Shown here: positions 38,530 through 47,401 of the stretch, piece by piece
How positions within the stretch are numbered: position 1 is the first letter of the stretch
How the letters are laid out: each line of letters opens with the position of its first letter
Assembly (NCBI GenBank): GCA_034423215.1
Contig: DAOUIY010000009.1
Location: forward strand, 228,572-292,571
From: Dehalococcoidia bacterium
GTDB lineage: Bacteria > Chloroflexota > Dehalococcoidia > Lucifugimonadales > UBA3495
Direction: 5' to 3'
Length of the DNA: 64,000 nt
Made by a program: the position numbers and the translations under genes
Notes under the pieces: generated by a model
What the model was told of the DNA's origin: nothing
Databases searched by the model: none
What the model saw: the letters and a program-made list of their open reading frames with translations, nothing else

Positions 38530-39987
38530 TCAGTCCCGTTCCAGGAACTTCCTGACCGCCTCCATCATGGGGGTGCGGTCGTAGGTGGCGTACATTATCT
38601 GGGCGTTGCGCACCAGGTCGCCAGCGAAGAACCGCTCGTAGTGCAGGCTGCGAGAGCCAAAGGCGCTGCAGGAAATGTCCCAGGCCAGGTGGAACAGCCG
38701 GGTTCGCTCCAGGCCGGATGCCGTATCCGTGGCCATGTAATGCTCCAGGTCGGCAGCCAGCTCCGTGTCAAAGTCCGACTGGCTGGGCAGCGCCATCAGG
38801 CTGCTGGAGCCCAGAAGCTGCATTATTTCAATCATCCGGGGATAGAAGCTGCGGGCGTACATATTCTCAGCCACGGTGAGAGGGAACCTGGACGGCGTAA
38901 GGAGGCCCCATTCATCCGGGGCGGCATCCACTTCCGCGGTGCGCAGCAGGGCCTTGATTATCTCCAGGTTCATCACCATCTCGGCGATGCGTTCCTGGAC
39001 GTGGGCCTGCTCGCCGGAACCCAGGGTTTCCACCATCAGCGACGCAGTCCCCAGCAGAAACTCGGTCTTGGCAAGAATACGGGTAACCACCTGGTGAAAG
39101 CTGTGAAGAATCCAGCCGGTGCGGGCCGTCATGTTGTTGCAGCTTTCGACGTTGCCCAGCAGGAACACCCGCTCCCAGGGCACCAGCACGTTGTCAAAGA
39201 TGGCGACTGCGTCCATCTCCTCGAACCTGGCCCCCAGCGGATGGTCGAAGGGGCTGCGACCGTAGTCGAAACTCTCCCGGCAGATATAGCGCAGGCCGGG
39301 CGTATCGCTGGGAATGGAGAAGGAGACAGCGTACTGGTGGGCATTGTCGGCAGTATGGTGGGAACGTGAGGGATAAACGGCTATCTCATCGGAGAGAGGC
39401 CCCAGGGTGGCCAGCACCCGCGCGCCCTTCACAACTATGCCGGCGTCCGTCTCCTTGATAACCTTGAGGGCCACGTCCTCGGCCAGGGAGTCGGTTATGT
39501 AACGCTGAGGGGAGCGGGACCGCTGGGGATTGACCAGCGTGTGGGTAAGGCAAAGGTCGTTCTCGCGAATGTGCTCATAGTAGCGGCGCACATTTTCGCC
39601 AAAGCCCTCCCGGTCCTGGTCGAAAAAGGGCGCCGCGGAGGCCATGGCCACAAAGGCGGCGTTCATGTAATCCGGCGTGCGGCCCATCATTCCGCCGTGC
39701 CAGGCGGCCCAGCGGTAGAACATGCCGCGCCGCCTCTCCAGGTCCTCCAGGCTGTCCGGCATCATGAAGGAGAGGCCCACCTTGTCGCCGGTAGTGGGAG
39801 AGGGATAGGTCATGTCCGCCACCAGTTCGGGGTCGTGCTGCATGTCGTACAGGGCCGCCACCGATTTGGCCCCGTTGGCAAATCCGGGGTGGCTGGTGAC
39901 GTCCTCGACGCGCTGACCGCCAACCCAGACCTCCGGCGGCCTGTCCCTCAACCCTTGCAAATATTCCTTTCCCGTACGCGCCGGCAT
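38530..39987 (-). CDS. HpaB-family flavin-dependent aromatic hydroxylase, oxygenase component (4-hydroxyphenylacetate 3-monooxygenase-like)
   Basis: 485 aa. N-terminal RTGKEYLQGLRDRPPEVWVGGQRVEDVTSHPGF and overall acyl-CoA-dehydrogenase-fold layout, typical of HpaB/4-BUDH family members. Confidence 0.7.
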   Translation of the reverse strand: MPARTGKEYLQGLRDRPPEVWVGGQRVEDVTSHPGFANGAKSVAALYDMQHDPELVADMTYPSPTTGDKVGLSFMMPDSLEDLERRRGMFYRWAAWHGGMMGRTPDYMNAAFVAMASAAPFFDQDREGFGENVRRYYEHIRENDLCLTHTLVNPQRSRSPQRYITDSLAEDVALKVIKETDAGIVVKGARVLATLGPLSDEIAVYPSRSHHTADNAHQYAVSFSIPSDTPGLRYICRESFDYGRSPFDHPLGARFEEMDAVAIFDNVLVPWERVFLLGNVESCNNMTARTGWILHSFHQVVTRILAKTEFLLGTASLMVETLGSGEQAHVQERIAEMVMNLEIIKALLRTAEVDAAPDEWGLLTPSRFPLTVAENMYARSFYPRMIEIMQLLGSSSLMALPSQSDFDTELAADLEHYMATDTASGLERTRLFHLAWDISCSAFGSRSLHYERFFAGDLVRNAQIMYATYDRTPMMEAVRKFLERD

Positions 39988-40195
39988 ATCGCTGGACCTC
40001 CCAAACCCTTTGTTCCAGTATAGCAGGGGGAGCCTTCAGCGAGACACTTGGCGATTGCCGCCGGACTGCCCAGGGTTTAGTATAGGCGCGAAGCGGGCGC
40101 CGAATCGAAAGGGCGCCGGTTGGCCCCGGCAATACCGCAAGTCCGCATATCAAAGCTGCTACCGGAGATAACTGGAGACAGAGGAGGTATCAACC

Positions 40196-40996
40196 ATGCC
40201 CGGCCACACCATAAGCATTGGCAACGTCGAGTTGGTCTCCCTCAGCGACGGGGAACCCATCCGGTCGCCGTTCATGCCTTTCCCGGATACCACAATCGAG
40301 CAATGGCGCGAGTTTCCCGAACTACTGGACAGCGATGAGCAGATCCGCAGCCGCTACGGCACCACCGCCGTCCGGTCCGGCGGCAAGCTGATAATCGTTG
40401 ATACCGGCCTGCAGGCCCCGGACGGCACGTTACTGGACGACATGGAGCGGAAGGGCGTGGACCGCAACGCCGTGGACCTGGTGGTGTTTACCCACCTGCA
40501 CCCGGACCACGTGGGCTGGAATCTTATAGACGGCCAACCCACCTTTCCCAACGCCCGCTACCTCCTGCCCCGCAAGGACTGGGACCACTGGACCCAGGAG
40601 TCGGTGGCTGCCAACGCGCCTCACATAACGAGCCAGGTACTTCCCCTGGCAGACCTGAAGGTAATGGACCTGATGGAGGACGACTACAAGATAACCGGCG
40701 AGCTAACTACGGTGTCCACGCCGGGGCATACGCCGGGGCACATATCCATCGTGATTGCATCCCAGGGGGAACGGGGTTATATTCTTGGTGACGTGGCCCA
40801 TACGCCGGCCCAGGCCCACTTCACCGACTGGAATCCCATATTTGACGTTCAGCCGGACCTGTCCCGCAGCACCAGGCACCAGGTGCTGGATATGCTGGAA
40901 GCAGAGGGTATCCTGGTGTCGGCAGGACACTTCCCGGCGCCCGGGTTCGGTCACTTTGTCCGGGTAAGCGGGCGGCGGCAATGGCGGGGCATCTAA
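40196..40996 (+). CDS. MBL-fold metallo-hydrolase
   Basis: HxHxDH motif FTHLHPDHVGW, later PGHTPGH. 266 aa. Confidence 0.8.
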   Translation: MPGHTISIGNVELVSLSDGEPIRSPFMPFPDTTIEQWREFPELLDSDEQIRSRYGTTAVRSGGKLIIVDTGLQAPDGTLLDDMERKGVDRNAVDLVVFTHLHPDHVGWNLIDGQPTFPNARYLLPRKDWDHWTQESVAANAPHITSQVLPLADLKVMDLMEDDYKITGELTTVSTPGHTPGHISIVIASQGERGYILGDVAHTPAQAHFTDWNPIFDVQPDLSRSTRHQVLDMLEAEGILVSAGHFPAPGFGHFVRVSGRRQWRGI

Positions 40997-41091
40997 CTGC
41001 CCTCGCCGTGAGCCTGCCGAGGGACAGGGCCGCACACTCATGGGCTGCCCGGTCGGCGGCCCGTTTCAACAATAATTTGCGAGGAGCAAGC

Positions 41092-41706
41092 ATGATATAC
41101 GAAGTAAGGACCTATACCCTGGAGCCCGGAACTGTGCCCCAGTTTGAAGCCAGCTTTGCCGAGGCCCTGCCCCACCGGGAAAAGTATTCTCCGCTGGCGG
41201 CATTCTGGCACTCGGACATCGGCGTACTCAACCAGGTGGTTCACGTCTGGCCCTACGAGAACCTGCTGCAGCGGGAAGAAATACGCGCCGAGGCCGCCAA
41301 GGACCCCAATTGGCCGCCCCGGGATACCAGCATGATAATGAACATGGAGTCGGAAATCTGGAATCCCGCATCTTTCATGCGCCCCATGGGCGGCGGGCAG
41401 GAACTGGGCAACGTCTATGAAATGCGCATCTACACCTACAAGCCCGGTTCCATTCCCGAACTGCTGAGCCGCTGGGAGAAGGCCCTGCCCTGGCGTGAGC
41501 AATTCTCTCCCTGCGTGGCGGCCATGCATTCCGAACTGGGCGGTCTTAACCGCTGGATGCACATCTGGCCGTACAAGGACCTCAACCACCGGGACGAAAT
41601 CCGGAAGGCTTCCAGCGGCACTCCCAACTGGCCGTCGGGCGCTCCCGGCCGCATACGCCAGGAAAACAAGATTCTCATTCCCGCTTCCTTCTCTCCCATG
41701 CGCTGA
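41092..41706 (+). CDS. Tandem NIPSNAP-domain protein
   Basis: Two repeats starting IYEVRTYTLEPG... and VYEMRIYTYKPG..., each ending ...W.YE/KDL..R..IR. ATG follows GAGGAG. Confidence 0.8.
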   Translation: MIYEVRTYTLEPGTVPQFEASFAEALPHREKYSPLAAFWHSDIGVLNQVVHVWPYENLLQREEIRAEAAKDPNWPPRDTSMIMNMESEIWNPASFMRPMGGGQELGNVYEMRIYTYKPGSIPELLSRWEKALPWREQFSPCVAAMHSELGGLNRWMHIWPYKDLNHRDEIRKASSGTPNWPSGAPGRIRQENKILIPASFSPMR

Positions 41707-41778
41707 TCCGGCATTGAAACGCAGGCCGCCGGCCGGCCCGGTTGGGCCGGCCGGCGGCGCCGTTTCGAGTTTCGCCCG

Positions 41779-42951
41779 ATGCTGATTCAAACCCCCTTCG
41801 ACTTGGTGGACACTCCCGCCTTTGTTTACGACGAAACCGAGGTTAACCGGGTGCTGGAAGTGGCCCGGCGGCTGCGCGCCGAAACGGGCTGTGAAATCTG
41901 CTACTCCATCAAGCCGCTGAGCCTCCCGACGTTGATGCGGCACATGGCCCCAAGCCTGGACGGTTTCGCAGTCAGTTCGCCCTTCGAGGCCAGGCTGGCC
42001 CGCGCCTGCCTGCCGAATGACGGGGCTGTTCATTTCACCAGCCCGGGAATACGTTCCCGTGAAATTGCGGACCTGGATTCCCTCTGCGATTATGTCTCCT
42101 TCAACAGCCTGGGCCAGTGGGAGCGGTTCGCCCGCCAATTCGGGTCGGGAACCAGCCTGGGAATACGGGTCAACCCGGAACTTTCCTTCCTGGAGGATGA
42201 ACGCTACGACCCTTGCCGGCCATACTCCAAGCTGGGCGTGCCGCTGCCGGACCTGGCCGCCTGGCACGCATCCCAAAGTGCACCCGATGAACGCCTGGAA
42301 GGCATCCTGGTGCATAGCAACTGCGAATCAACCGATTTCAGCGAACTGGAAGAGACGGTCAATTGCCTTAAAGATGGGGTTCCCGGCTTGTTGGAACGAA
42401 TCGGCTGGATTAATCTGGGCGGTGGCTACCTCTTCCCTCCCGGAACAGACCTTGTACCCCTTCACAGGTTGATTGGTAGCCTACGCAGTGAGTACGGGCT
42501 GCGGGTTATCATGGAGCCGGGGGCGGCATTCGTGCGCGGCGCCGGGTTCATGGTTTCCTCGGTGCTGGATGTCCTCGAAAGCGGCGGGAAGCGGGTGGCA
42601 ATTCTGGATTCGACAGTCAATCACATGCCGGAACTGCTGGAGTTCGACTTTGAACCCGACGTGGCCGGCCACGACGACTCCGGGCCCTGCGAATACGTGC
42701 TGGCCGGCTGTACCTGCCTGGCCGGGGACATATTCGGGGAGTACCGCTTCCTTGAACCGCTGGAGACCGGGAGCCGGGTCGTCTTTTGCAACGTGGGCTC
42801 CTACTCACTGACCAAGGCCCACATGTTCAACGGCGTCAACCTGCCCAGCATCCACGTCCTCAGGAGCGACGGACGGCTTGAACTGGTCCGGGAATTTGGA
42901 TTCGACGACTACGCCTCGCGATGGAACGCCTATGCCTCCAGTCCTGCATGA
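41779..42951 (+). CDS. Carboxynorspermidine/carboxyspermidine decarboxylase homolog (PLP, alanine-racemase-fold decarboxylase)
   Basis: 390 aa. TPAFVYDE start, PLP-Lys context CYSIKPL, FNS...RVNPE...SKLG, HSNCES, NLGGGY, MEPGAAF, AGCTCLAGD, FNGV..PS. By recollection this parallels NspC-type enzymes block for block. Confidence 0.7.
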   Translation: MLIQTPFDLVDTPAFVYDETEVNRVLEVARRLRAETGCEICYSIKPLSLPTLMRHMAPSLDGFAVSSPFEARLARACLPNDGAVHFTSPGIRSREIADLDSLCDYVSFNSLGQWERFARQFGSGTSLGIRVNPELSFLEDERYDPCRPYSKLGVPLPDLAAWHASQSAPDERLEGILVHSNCESTDFSELEETVNCLKDGVPGLLERIGWINLGGGYLFPPGTDLVPLHRLIGSLRSEYGLRVIMEPGAAFVRGAGFMVSSVLDVLESGGKRVAILDSTVNHMPELLEFDFEPDVAGHDDSGPCEYVLAGCTCLAGDIFGEYRFLEPLETGSRVVFCNVGSYSLTKAHMFNGVNLPSIHVLRSDGRLELVREFGFDDYASRWNAYASSPA

Positions 42952-44245
42952 AAGGGAGCTGATAGTTCCCCGAAGCTCCCGCGGCAGCAACCCCCTGTTC
43001 GCCCTTGAGGGCGCGCTGGCTTCCCAACTGGAACCCGGCGACGTTCCCATCCGACTGGCCGTCACCGCTACTACGGGCCGGGAGTACCGCTGCGACATGG
43101 GGCTGCTCTCCGGGTGGGACGGCAGATCCTTGCCCTCTCTGTTCCGGTTTATTCCCCGCCCGTTGGAAAGCGCCGATTCGTTCAACTGCGTGCTGCTGGT
43201 GCCCACGGGAATCGGGGCCGAAATCGGGGGACATGCCGGCGACGCCACGCCGGTGGCCTCCCTGCTGGCGGCCGCCTGCGACACCCTGGTAACCCACCCC
43301 AACGTGGTCAACGCTTCCGACATCATTGACCTGCCCGCCAACGCTCTTTACGTGGAAGGCAGCGTCATAAGCCGCCTCATTATGGGCAGCATCGGCCTGC
43401 AGCGGGTGAGAAGCAATCGGCTGCTGGTGGTGCTGGGGCACCACGAGGACAGTCTCTTTATTCATGCGGCGATTAACTCGGTGAATGCCGCCAGGGCAAG
43501 CTACGGCCTGGCGGTGCCGGTCATCAAAAAACTCGGCCCCGAGTTTGAAATGGAAGCGAGCTACGTCGGCTCAGGCCGGGCCGCGGGCAAGGTGAAGGGG
43601 CTGGACCACCTGCTCAAAGAACTGGAGCCTTCAGCGTCGGCCTTCGACGCCCTGGCCATCACCTCCCAGATTGCGGTCCCCCCGGGCTATCACGCCGAAT
43701 ATTTCGAGAGCCAGGGAGAGATGGTCAATCCCTGGGGAGGGGTGGAGGCCATGCTGACCCACGCGGTCTCAACCATCCTGGACGTGCCTTCGGCCCACGC
43801 CCCCATGCTGGAGACGCAGGAAATAGCCAACGCCGACCCGGGCATAATTGACCCCCGCATGGCCGCGGAAGGGGTTTCCCTGGCCCTGATCCAGTCCGTG
43901 CTGAAGGGATTGCAGCGCAGCCCCCGGATAGTCAGCGACCCTAAGGGCATGAACCACCCCAGCGTGCTGACCGCCGCCGACATTTCCTGCCTGGTAATAC
44001 CGGACGGTTGCCTGGGCCTACCCGTGCTGGCCGCCCTGGAGCAGGGCATCAGGGTCATCGCCGTCCGGGAAAACCGCAACCTTATGCAGAACGACCTCAC
44101 CGAATTGCCGTGGCGGGACGGGCAACTGCACGTCGTGGACAACTACTGGGAGGCCGCCGGGGTCTTGACTGCCCTGCGAGCGGGAATAGAGCCGGCGGCG
44201 GTGCGCCGACCCATCCTGCCGGCGCCCGTGGTGGGCTGCCAATAA
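42932..44245 (+). CDS. DUF3326-like protein with ~95-aa N-terminal extension
   Basis: ATG at 42932 overlaps the upstream decarboxylase gene by 20 nt. The core LLVPTGIGAEIGGHAGDATP resembles the PTG.GA.IGG.AGDA signature I associate with DUF3326 (cyanobacteria/plants). Function unknown. Confidence 0.5.
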   Translation: MPPVLHERELIVPRSSRGSNPLFALEGALASQLEPGDVPIRLAVTATTGREYRCDMGLLSGWDGRSLPSLFRFIPRPLESADSFNCVLLVPTGIGAEIGGHAGDATPVASLLAAACDTLVTHPNVVNASDIIDLPANALYVEGSVISRLIMGSIGLQRVRSNRLLVVLGHHEDSLFIHAAINSVNAARASYGLAVPVIKKLGPEFEMEASYVGSGRAAGKVKGLDHLLKELEPSASAFDALAITSQIAVPPGYHAEYFESQGEMVNPWGGVEAMLTHAVSTILDVPSAHAPMLETQEIANADPGIIDPRMAAEGVSLALIQSVLKGLQRSPRIVSDPKGMNHPSVLTAADISCLVIPDGCLGLPVLAALEQGIRVIAVRENRNLMQNDLTELPWRDGQLHVVDNYWEAAGVLTALRAGIEPAAVRRPILPAPVVGCQ

Positions 44246-44298
44246 GTGCAGAGGCTGGTAGTTCAACCACTTTGGATTGACGGGTAACTATCGAACCT

Positions 44299-44542
44299 CG
44301 TCATTCCGGCGCAGGCCGGAATCAAATCAAATTCCAATAAGGTTGGCGTTGGACATGGTTCCCTACCTTCAGGACTTTTGGGTTCCGGCCTGCGCCGGAA
44401 CGACGGAGAAAAGCAGTTTCAATTATCGTTTCAAACAAGCTGAACCACCAGAGCGTTTCGTCAAAAGCACCGTCATTCCTGACCGAGCCGGCGGGGACCT
44501 CGACAGGCCGGGGTACAGATTCTTGCCTCCGCAAGAATGACG
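44299..44542. repeat. Cluster of family B repeat modules (two to three units)
   Basis: CGTCATTCCGGCGCAGGCCGGAATC (44299), GGTTCCGGCCTGCGCCGGAACGACGG (44380), CGTCATTCCTGACCGAGCCGGCGGGGACCTCGACAGG...TTCTTGCCTCCGCAAGAATGACGG (44471-44542). The track ORFs here are repeat-encoded. Confidence 0.7.
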
Positions 44543-44606
44543 GCAAAGTGTATTGGCCATTATTTCAAATGCGTTAAGCCACTACCAGCCTGCGGTTACT
44601 GATCGG

Positions 44607-44638
44607 CAAACGAAAGGGGGACGCCGAAGCATCCCCCC
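44607..44638 (-). terminator. Rho-independent terminator of the pspA operon
   Basis: Minus strand GGGGGATGC-ttcg-GCGTCCCCC followed by TTTCGTTTG. Confidence 0.75.
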
Positions 44639-44664
44639 ATTAGACCGGCAACAAAGGGCGGTAT

Positions 44665-44943
44665 TCAGCCGGGCAGCAAGCCGTCCCCAATGAAGATCTG
44701 CTCCGCCTCCTCCAGGGTAAGGTCCGTTTCTGGAAGAATCAGGTCGGACTCGACAAGCTCATCCAGCGGCAGGGGCGAGCCTTTTTCCCGTACCAGCGCA
44801 ACCATTTCTTCCAAGTGGGCGCGCAACGCTTCGCTGTCCTCGGCTTCCACTGCAGCCACCATCCGGTTGTCTATTTCGTTTAGTTCGTCAATTGCCGCGC
44901 CGGGCAGATTGAACTGACCCTCACCTAGAATGCGCACAATCAT
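44665..44943 (-). CDS. PspA-associated protein PspAA
   Basis: 92 aa, MIVRILGEGQFNLPGAAIDELNEIDNRM...LILPETDLTLEEAEQIFIGDGLLPG. The MIVRI.GEGQ start and the D.GL.PG end are the PspAA hallmark. It lies immediately downstream of pspA. The long form in the track (to 45144) is rejected. Confidence 0.8.
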   Translation of the reverse strand: MIVRILGEGQFNLPGAAIDELNEIDNRMVAAVEAEDSEALRAHLEEMVALVREKGSPLPLDELVESDLILPETDLTLEEAEQIFIGDGLLPG

Positions 44944-44962
44944 TCTCTCGACACTCGCTCCG

Positions 44963-45754
44963 TTAGTTTTGGCCGCCGCCCCGGTTTCGCAGGGCCTCCA
45001 ACTCAGCGTCCACCGGGGACTGGGAGGCCTCCGGCAGGGCCCGGACCTGGGTGGCGCCGGCAGGAGGGCCGCCCTTGAGCGCGGCCAGTTCGTCCTCAAC
45101 GCCCTGGGATATGGAAAGCTGGGACAGTTCCCGCTCAATGTCATCCTGCGGGCCGGAAAAGTCGTCCAGAACGCCGGTAGCTACCAGTTCATCAATGGCC
45201 CCCGCCTTGGCGCGCATCTGGTCCGTCTTGTTTTCGGCCCGCTGCATGGCCAGGGAGATGTCGCTCATTTCCTCGGAAATGCCGCCCAGCGCGGAGCCTA
45301 TCCTCACCTGGGCCTGGGCAGCGGTGTACTGGGCTTTAATAATTTCCTTCTTGTTCCGGAAGGCGTCAACCTTCGCTTGCAGCCGCTGTTCTGCAACGGT
45401 CAGCTTCTGCTGTTCCTGCTCCATGCCCTCAATCTGCTCGTCCAGGCCCTGCAATTCGATTAAGGCATTCTGCTTGCGCTGCAGGGCCAGCCTGGCCAAA
45501 TCTTCCCGGTCTGCGTCCAGGGCCTGCCTGGCCTGGCGTTCCAGCCTGGCGATATTTTCCCGAACTTTGCTGGCCTGCTGCTGAATGCGGCGCTTGGCGG
45601 TAACCATTTCGACCACGCCGCGCTTAACATTTTGCAGCATTTCCAGTTGCTTTTCGTAGGAGTAGTCCAGGGTTTCCCGGGGGTCCTCGGCGTTATCGAG
45701 CATCCGGTTCATCTTGGACTTTACGATGGTGGACATCCTGGAGAACATTCCCAT
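44963..45754 (-). CDS. pspA: PspA/IM30 family protein
   Basis: MGMFSRMSTIVKSKMNRMLDNAEDPRETLDYSYEKQLEMLQNVKRGV... followed by a long coiled coil. ATG at 45754 lies 8 nt after GGAGG. Confidence 0.9.
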   Translation of the reverse strand: MGMFSRMSTIVKSKMNRMLDNAEDPRETLDYSYEKQLEMLQNVKRGVVEMVTAKRRIQQQASKVRENIARLERQARQALDADREDLARLALQRKQNALIELQGLDEQIEGMEQEQQKLTVAEQRLQAKVDAFRNKKEIIKAQYTAAQAQVRIGSALGGISEEMSDISLAMQRAENKTDQMRAKAGAIDELVATGVLDDFSGPQDDIERELSQLSISQGVEDELAALKGGPPAGATQVRALPEASQSPVDAELEALRNRGGGQN

Positions 45755-45841
45755 GTTCAACACCTCCCGGGGATGCGTTCGAGTTTACGGAAACAGGGGC
45801 GGCTTCCGGCCGGGCACTAGCCTATAGACTTTGCACAAGTG

Positions 45842-46012
45842 TCAGTACCGGTTCCTTTTACCGAAAATAGCCATTGCCCCGATAATGATTCCCAAGACTA
45901 TGCAAATCACGCCAAGAATCCACAGCAGAACGTCGAGGATTCCCGAAACCAGCAACACACCCAATATCAACAGAATAATGGCAATTAAAATCCCGCCGAA
46001 TGGTCCAGACAT
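45842..46012 (-). CDS. Small two-TM hydrophobic protein upstream of pspA
   Basis: MSGPFGGILIAIILLILGVLLVSGILDVLLWILGVICIVLGIIIGAMAIFGKRNRY. Two hydrophobic helices and a basic tail. Start uncertain (GTG at 46051 is possible). Coding status is inferred only from hydrophobicity and position. Confidence 0.5.
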   Translation of the reverse strand: MSGPFGGILIAIILLILGVLLVSGILDVLLWILGVICIVLGIIIGAMAIFGKRNRY

Positions 46013-46341
46013 ATTACACCCGCACCTGCGCCAGAATAGAAGGGGAGTCACCGGGCCATAGTTTGCCCCGGAGCGGGGACACTGTCGTTAAACCAGCCAA
46101 CGCCCGCTACCCATTTCGGCATCCGCCGATTCCGATACAGGCCGCCCCTGGCAAATGCCGCTTACGCCGCTGTCTCAACCATACCTGCCCCGCCGGAAAA
46201 CCGTCAAGGGGAAAGGCTCACCACAACCGTGTCAGTCGGGCAAGTCTTCAACCAAACAGGCTGCAAGTTGGCAGAATGGGGCCACCAGGGGAGGCCAATA
46301 CCTTTCTAAGTTTGGCGCATCTTACGCAAGGTTCTTCAGCT

Positions 46342-46570
46342 CAGGGCAAGCGCGTCTTAAATTACGCTGTCCACCTAAGCTGGAAGGGATGTCGCCCTGA
46401 GTCCTTCGGCTTGGCTCAGGATAAACTTTGCCGAAGGGCCTGAAGTCCTGCCCCTTAGCACGGTTGCGGGTCCCAAAGTCGGTTTTATGGATGGAGTTTA
46501 GATTCTTCAATCCGTTCAGAGACAGTCTTGGCCGTTCAGGAAGACAATTCGTTAAGACGCGATTGCCCTG
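46342..46570 (+). mobile_element. MITE-like repeat family C, copy 2
   Basis: Ends CAGGGCAAGCGCGTCTTAAATT ... CGTTAAGACGCGATTGCCCTG. Internal blocks are colinear with copy 1. Confidence 0.7.
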
Positions 46571-46798
46571 GATAGGGCCGCTTACGGCAGGCCAATACCA
46601 TGCTATCATGTTAGCCAATAGGACAGGTGGCAGGGTTGGGGTTTCAATACCCCGGTGTGCGGTACGCCTAAACTCCAGCTTGTCTTCAATAACGGCAGAG
46701 ATTCTCCGGGGCCCGGGCTCCGGCTAGTTGCATTGACCGGACCTGGCAAGCCCGGACTCCGGCATACCTGATTCAGCAGTCCCACAGAAGGTACCAAT

Positions 46799-47401
46799 AT
46801 GCTCAGATCCTTATTTGGCAGAGGCAGGAAGAGACCCCAAACCGGCAGCGTCCCGGTGGAAACCACCATCAGGGAAGCCCGGGTTGGAGACGTGGTGGTA
46901 ATTCAGGGGCTGGCCCTGGAATATGACGACTGCTTCTTCGTCGTCGAGAACGTCCACAGGTATGGCGGCAACGGAATCATCTGGTTCGAACTGGTGGTGG
47001 CCGACGCCGACAACCGGGTCTGGCTAGAGTGGTCTGACGACGGTACGGACTTGTTCATCACGGCAACGGATGACCGTCGGCCGGTGGGCCTGGAATCCAT
47101 CGGCTTGACCGAATCGGCCCTGATGCAAATGGACGAGCAGCGGTCCATTGACCGGTCCATAGTGGTGGACGGTTTGAGGTTCGTGTACCGCAACAGCTTT
47201 GAAGCCTTCTACTTCAGGGACAATCGCCCCTCCGACGGCGAGGGCTTCTACATGTGGGAGTTCCTTTCCGAGGACGAGCAGCGGACCTTGGCCATAACCA
47301 AGTTTGAAGGCGCGCCCTTCGAAGCCCACTTCAGCGAGATAATTCCCCCGGAAAATGTGCACCTCTACGCCGCCGAGCGGCCGGAACAAAGGAGCCGGTG
47401 A
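46799..47401 (+). CDS. DUF4178 domain protein
   Basis: 200 aa with two halves of the DUF4178 pattern: GDVVVIQG..Y.V..V.RY...G..W.E..V.D...RVWLEW.DD and G..F.Y.....A.Y.......GE.F..WEF......LAI..FEG. Recalled family pattern. Confidence 0.65.
   Translation: MLRSLFGRGRKRPQTGSVPVETTIREARVGDVVVIQGLALEYDDCFFVVENVHRYGGNGIIWFELVVADADNRVWLEWSDDGTDLFITATDDRRPVGLESIGLTESALMQMDEQRSIDRSIVVDGLRFVYRNSFEAFYFRDNRPSDGEGFYMWEFLSEDEQRTLAITKFEGAPFEAHFSEIIPPENVHLYAAERPEQRSR

Noticed and set aside
44665-45144. 159-aa version of the PspAA ORF and the 45051..45584 / 44930..45463 plus-strand ORFs.
   Set aside because: The N-terminal 67 residues overlap the pspA 3' end in another frame and are Pro/Arg/Ala-rich. The conserved PspAA sequence starts at MIVRILGEGQ. 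The plus-strand ORFs are shadows of pspA.
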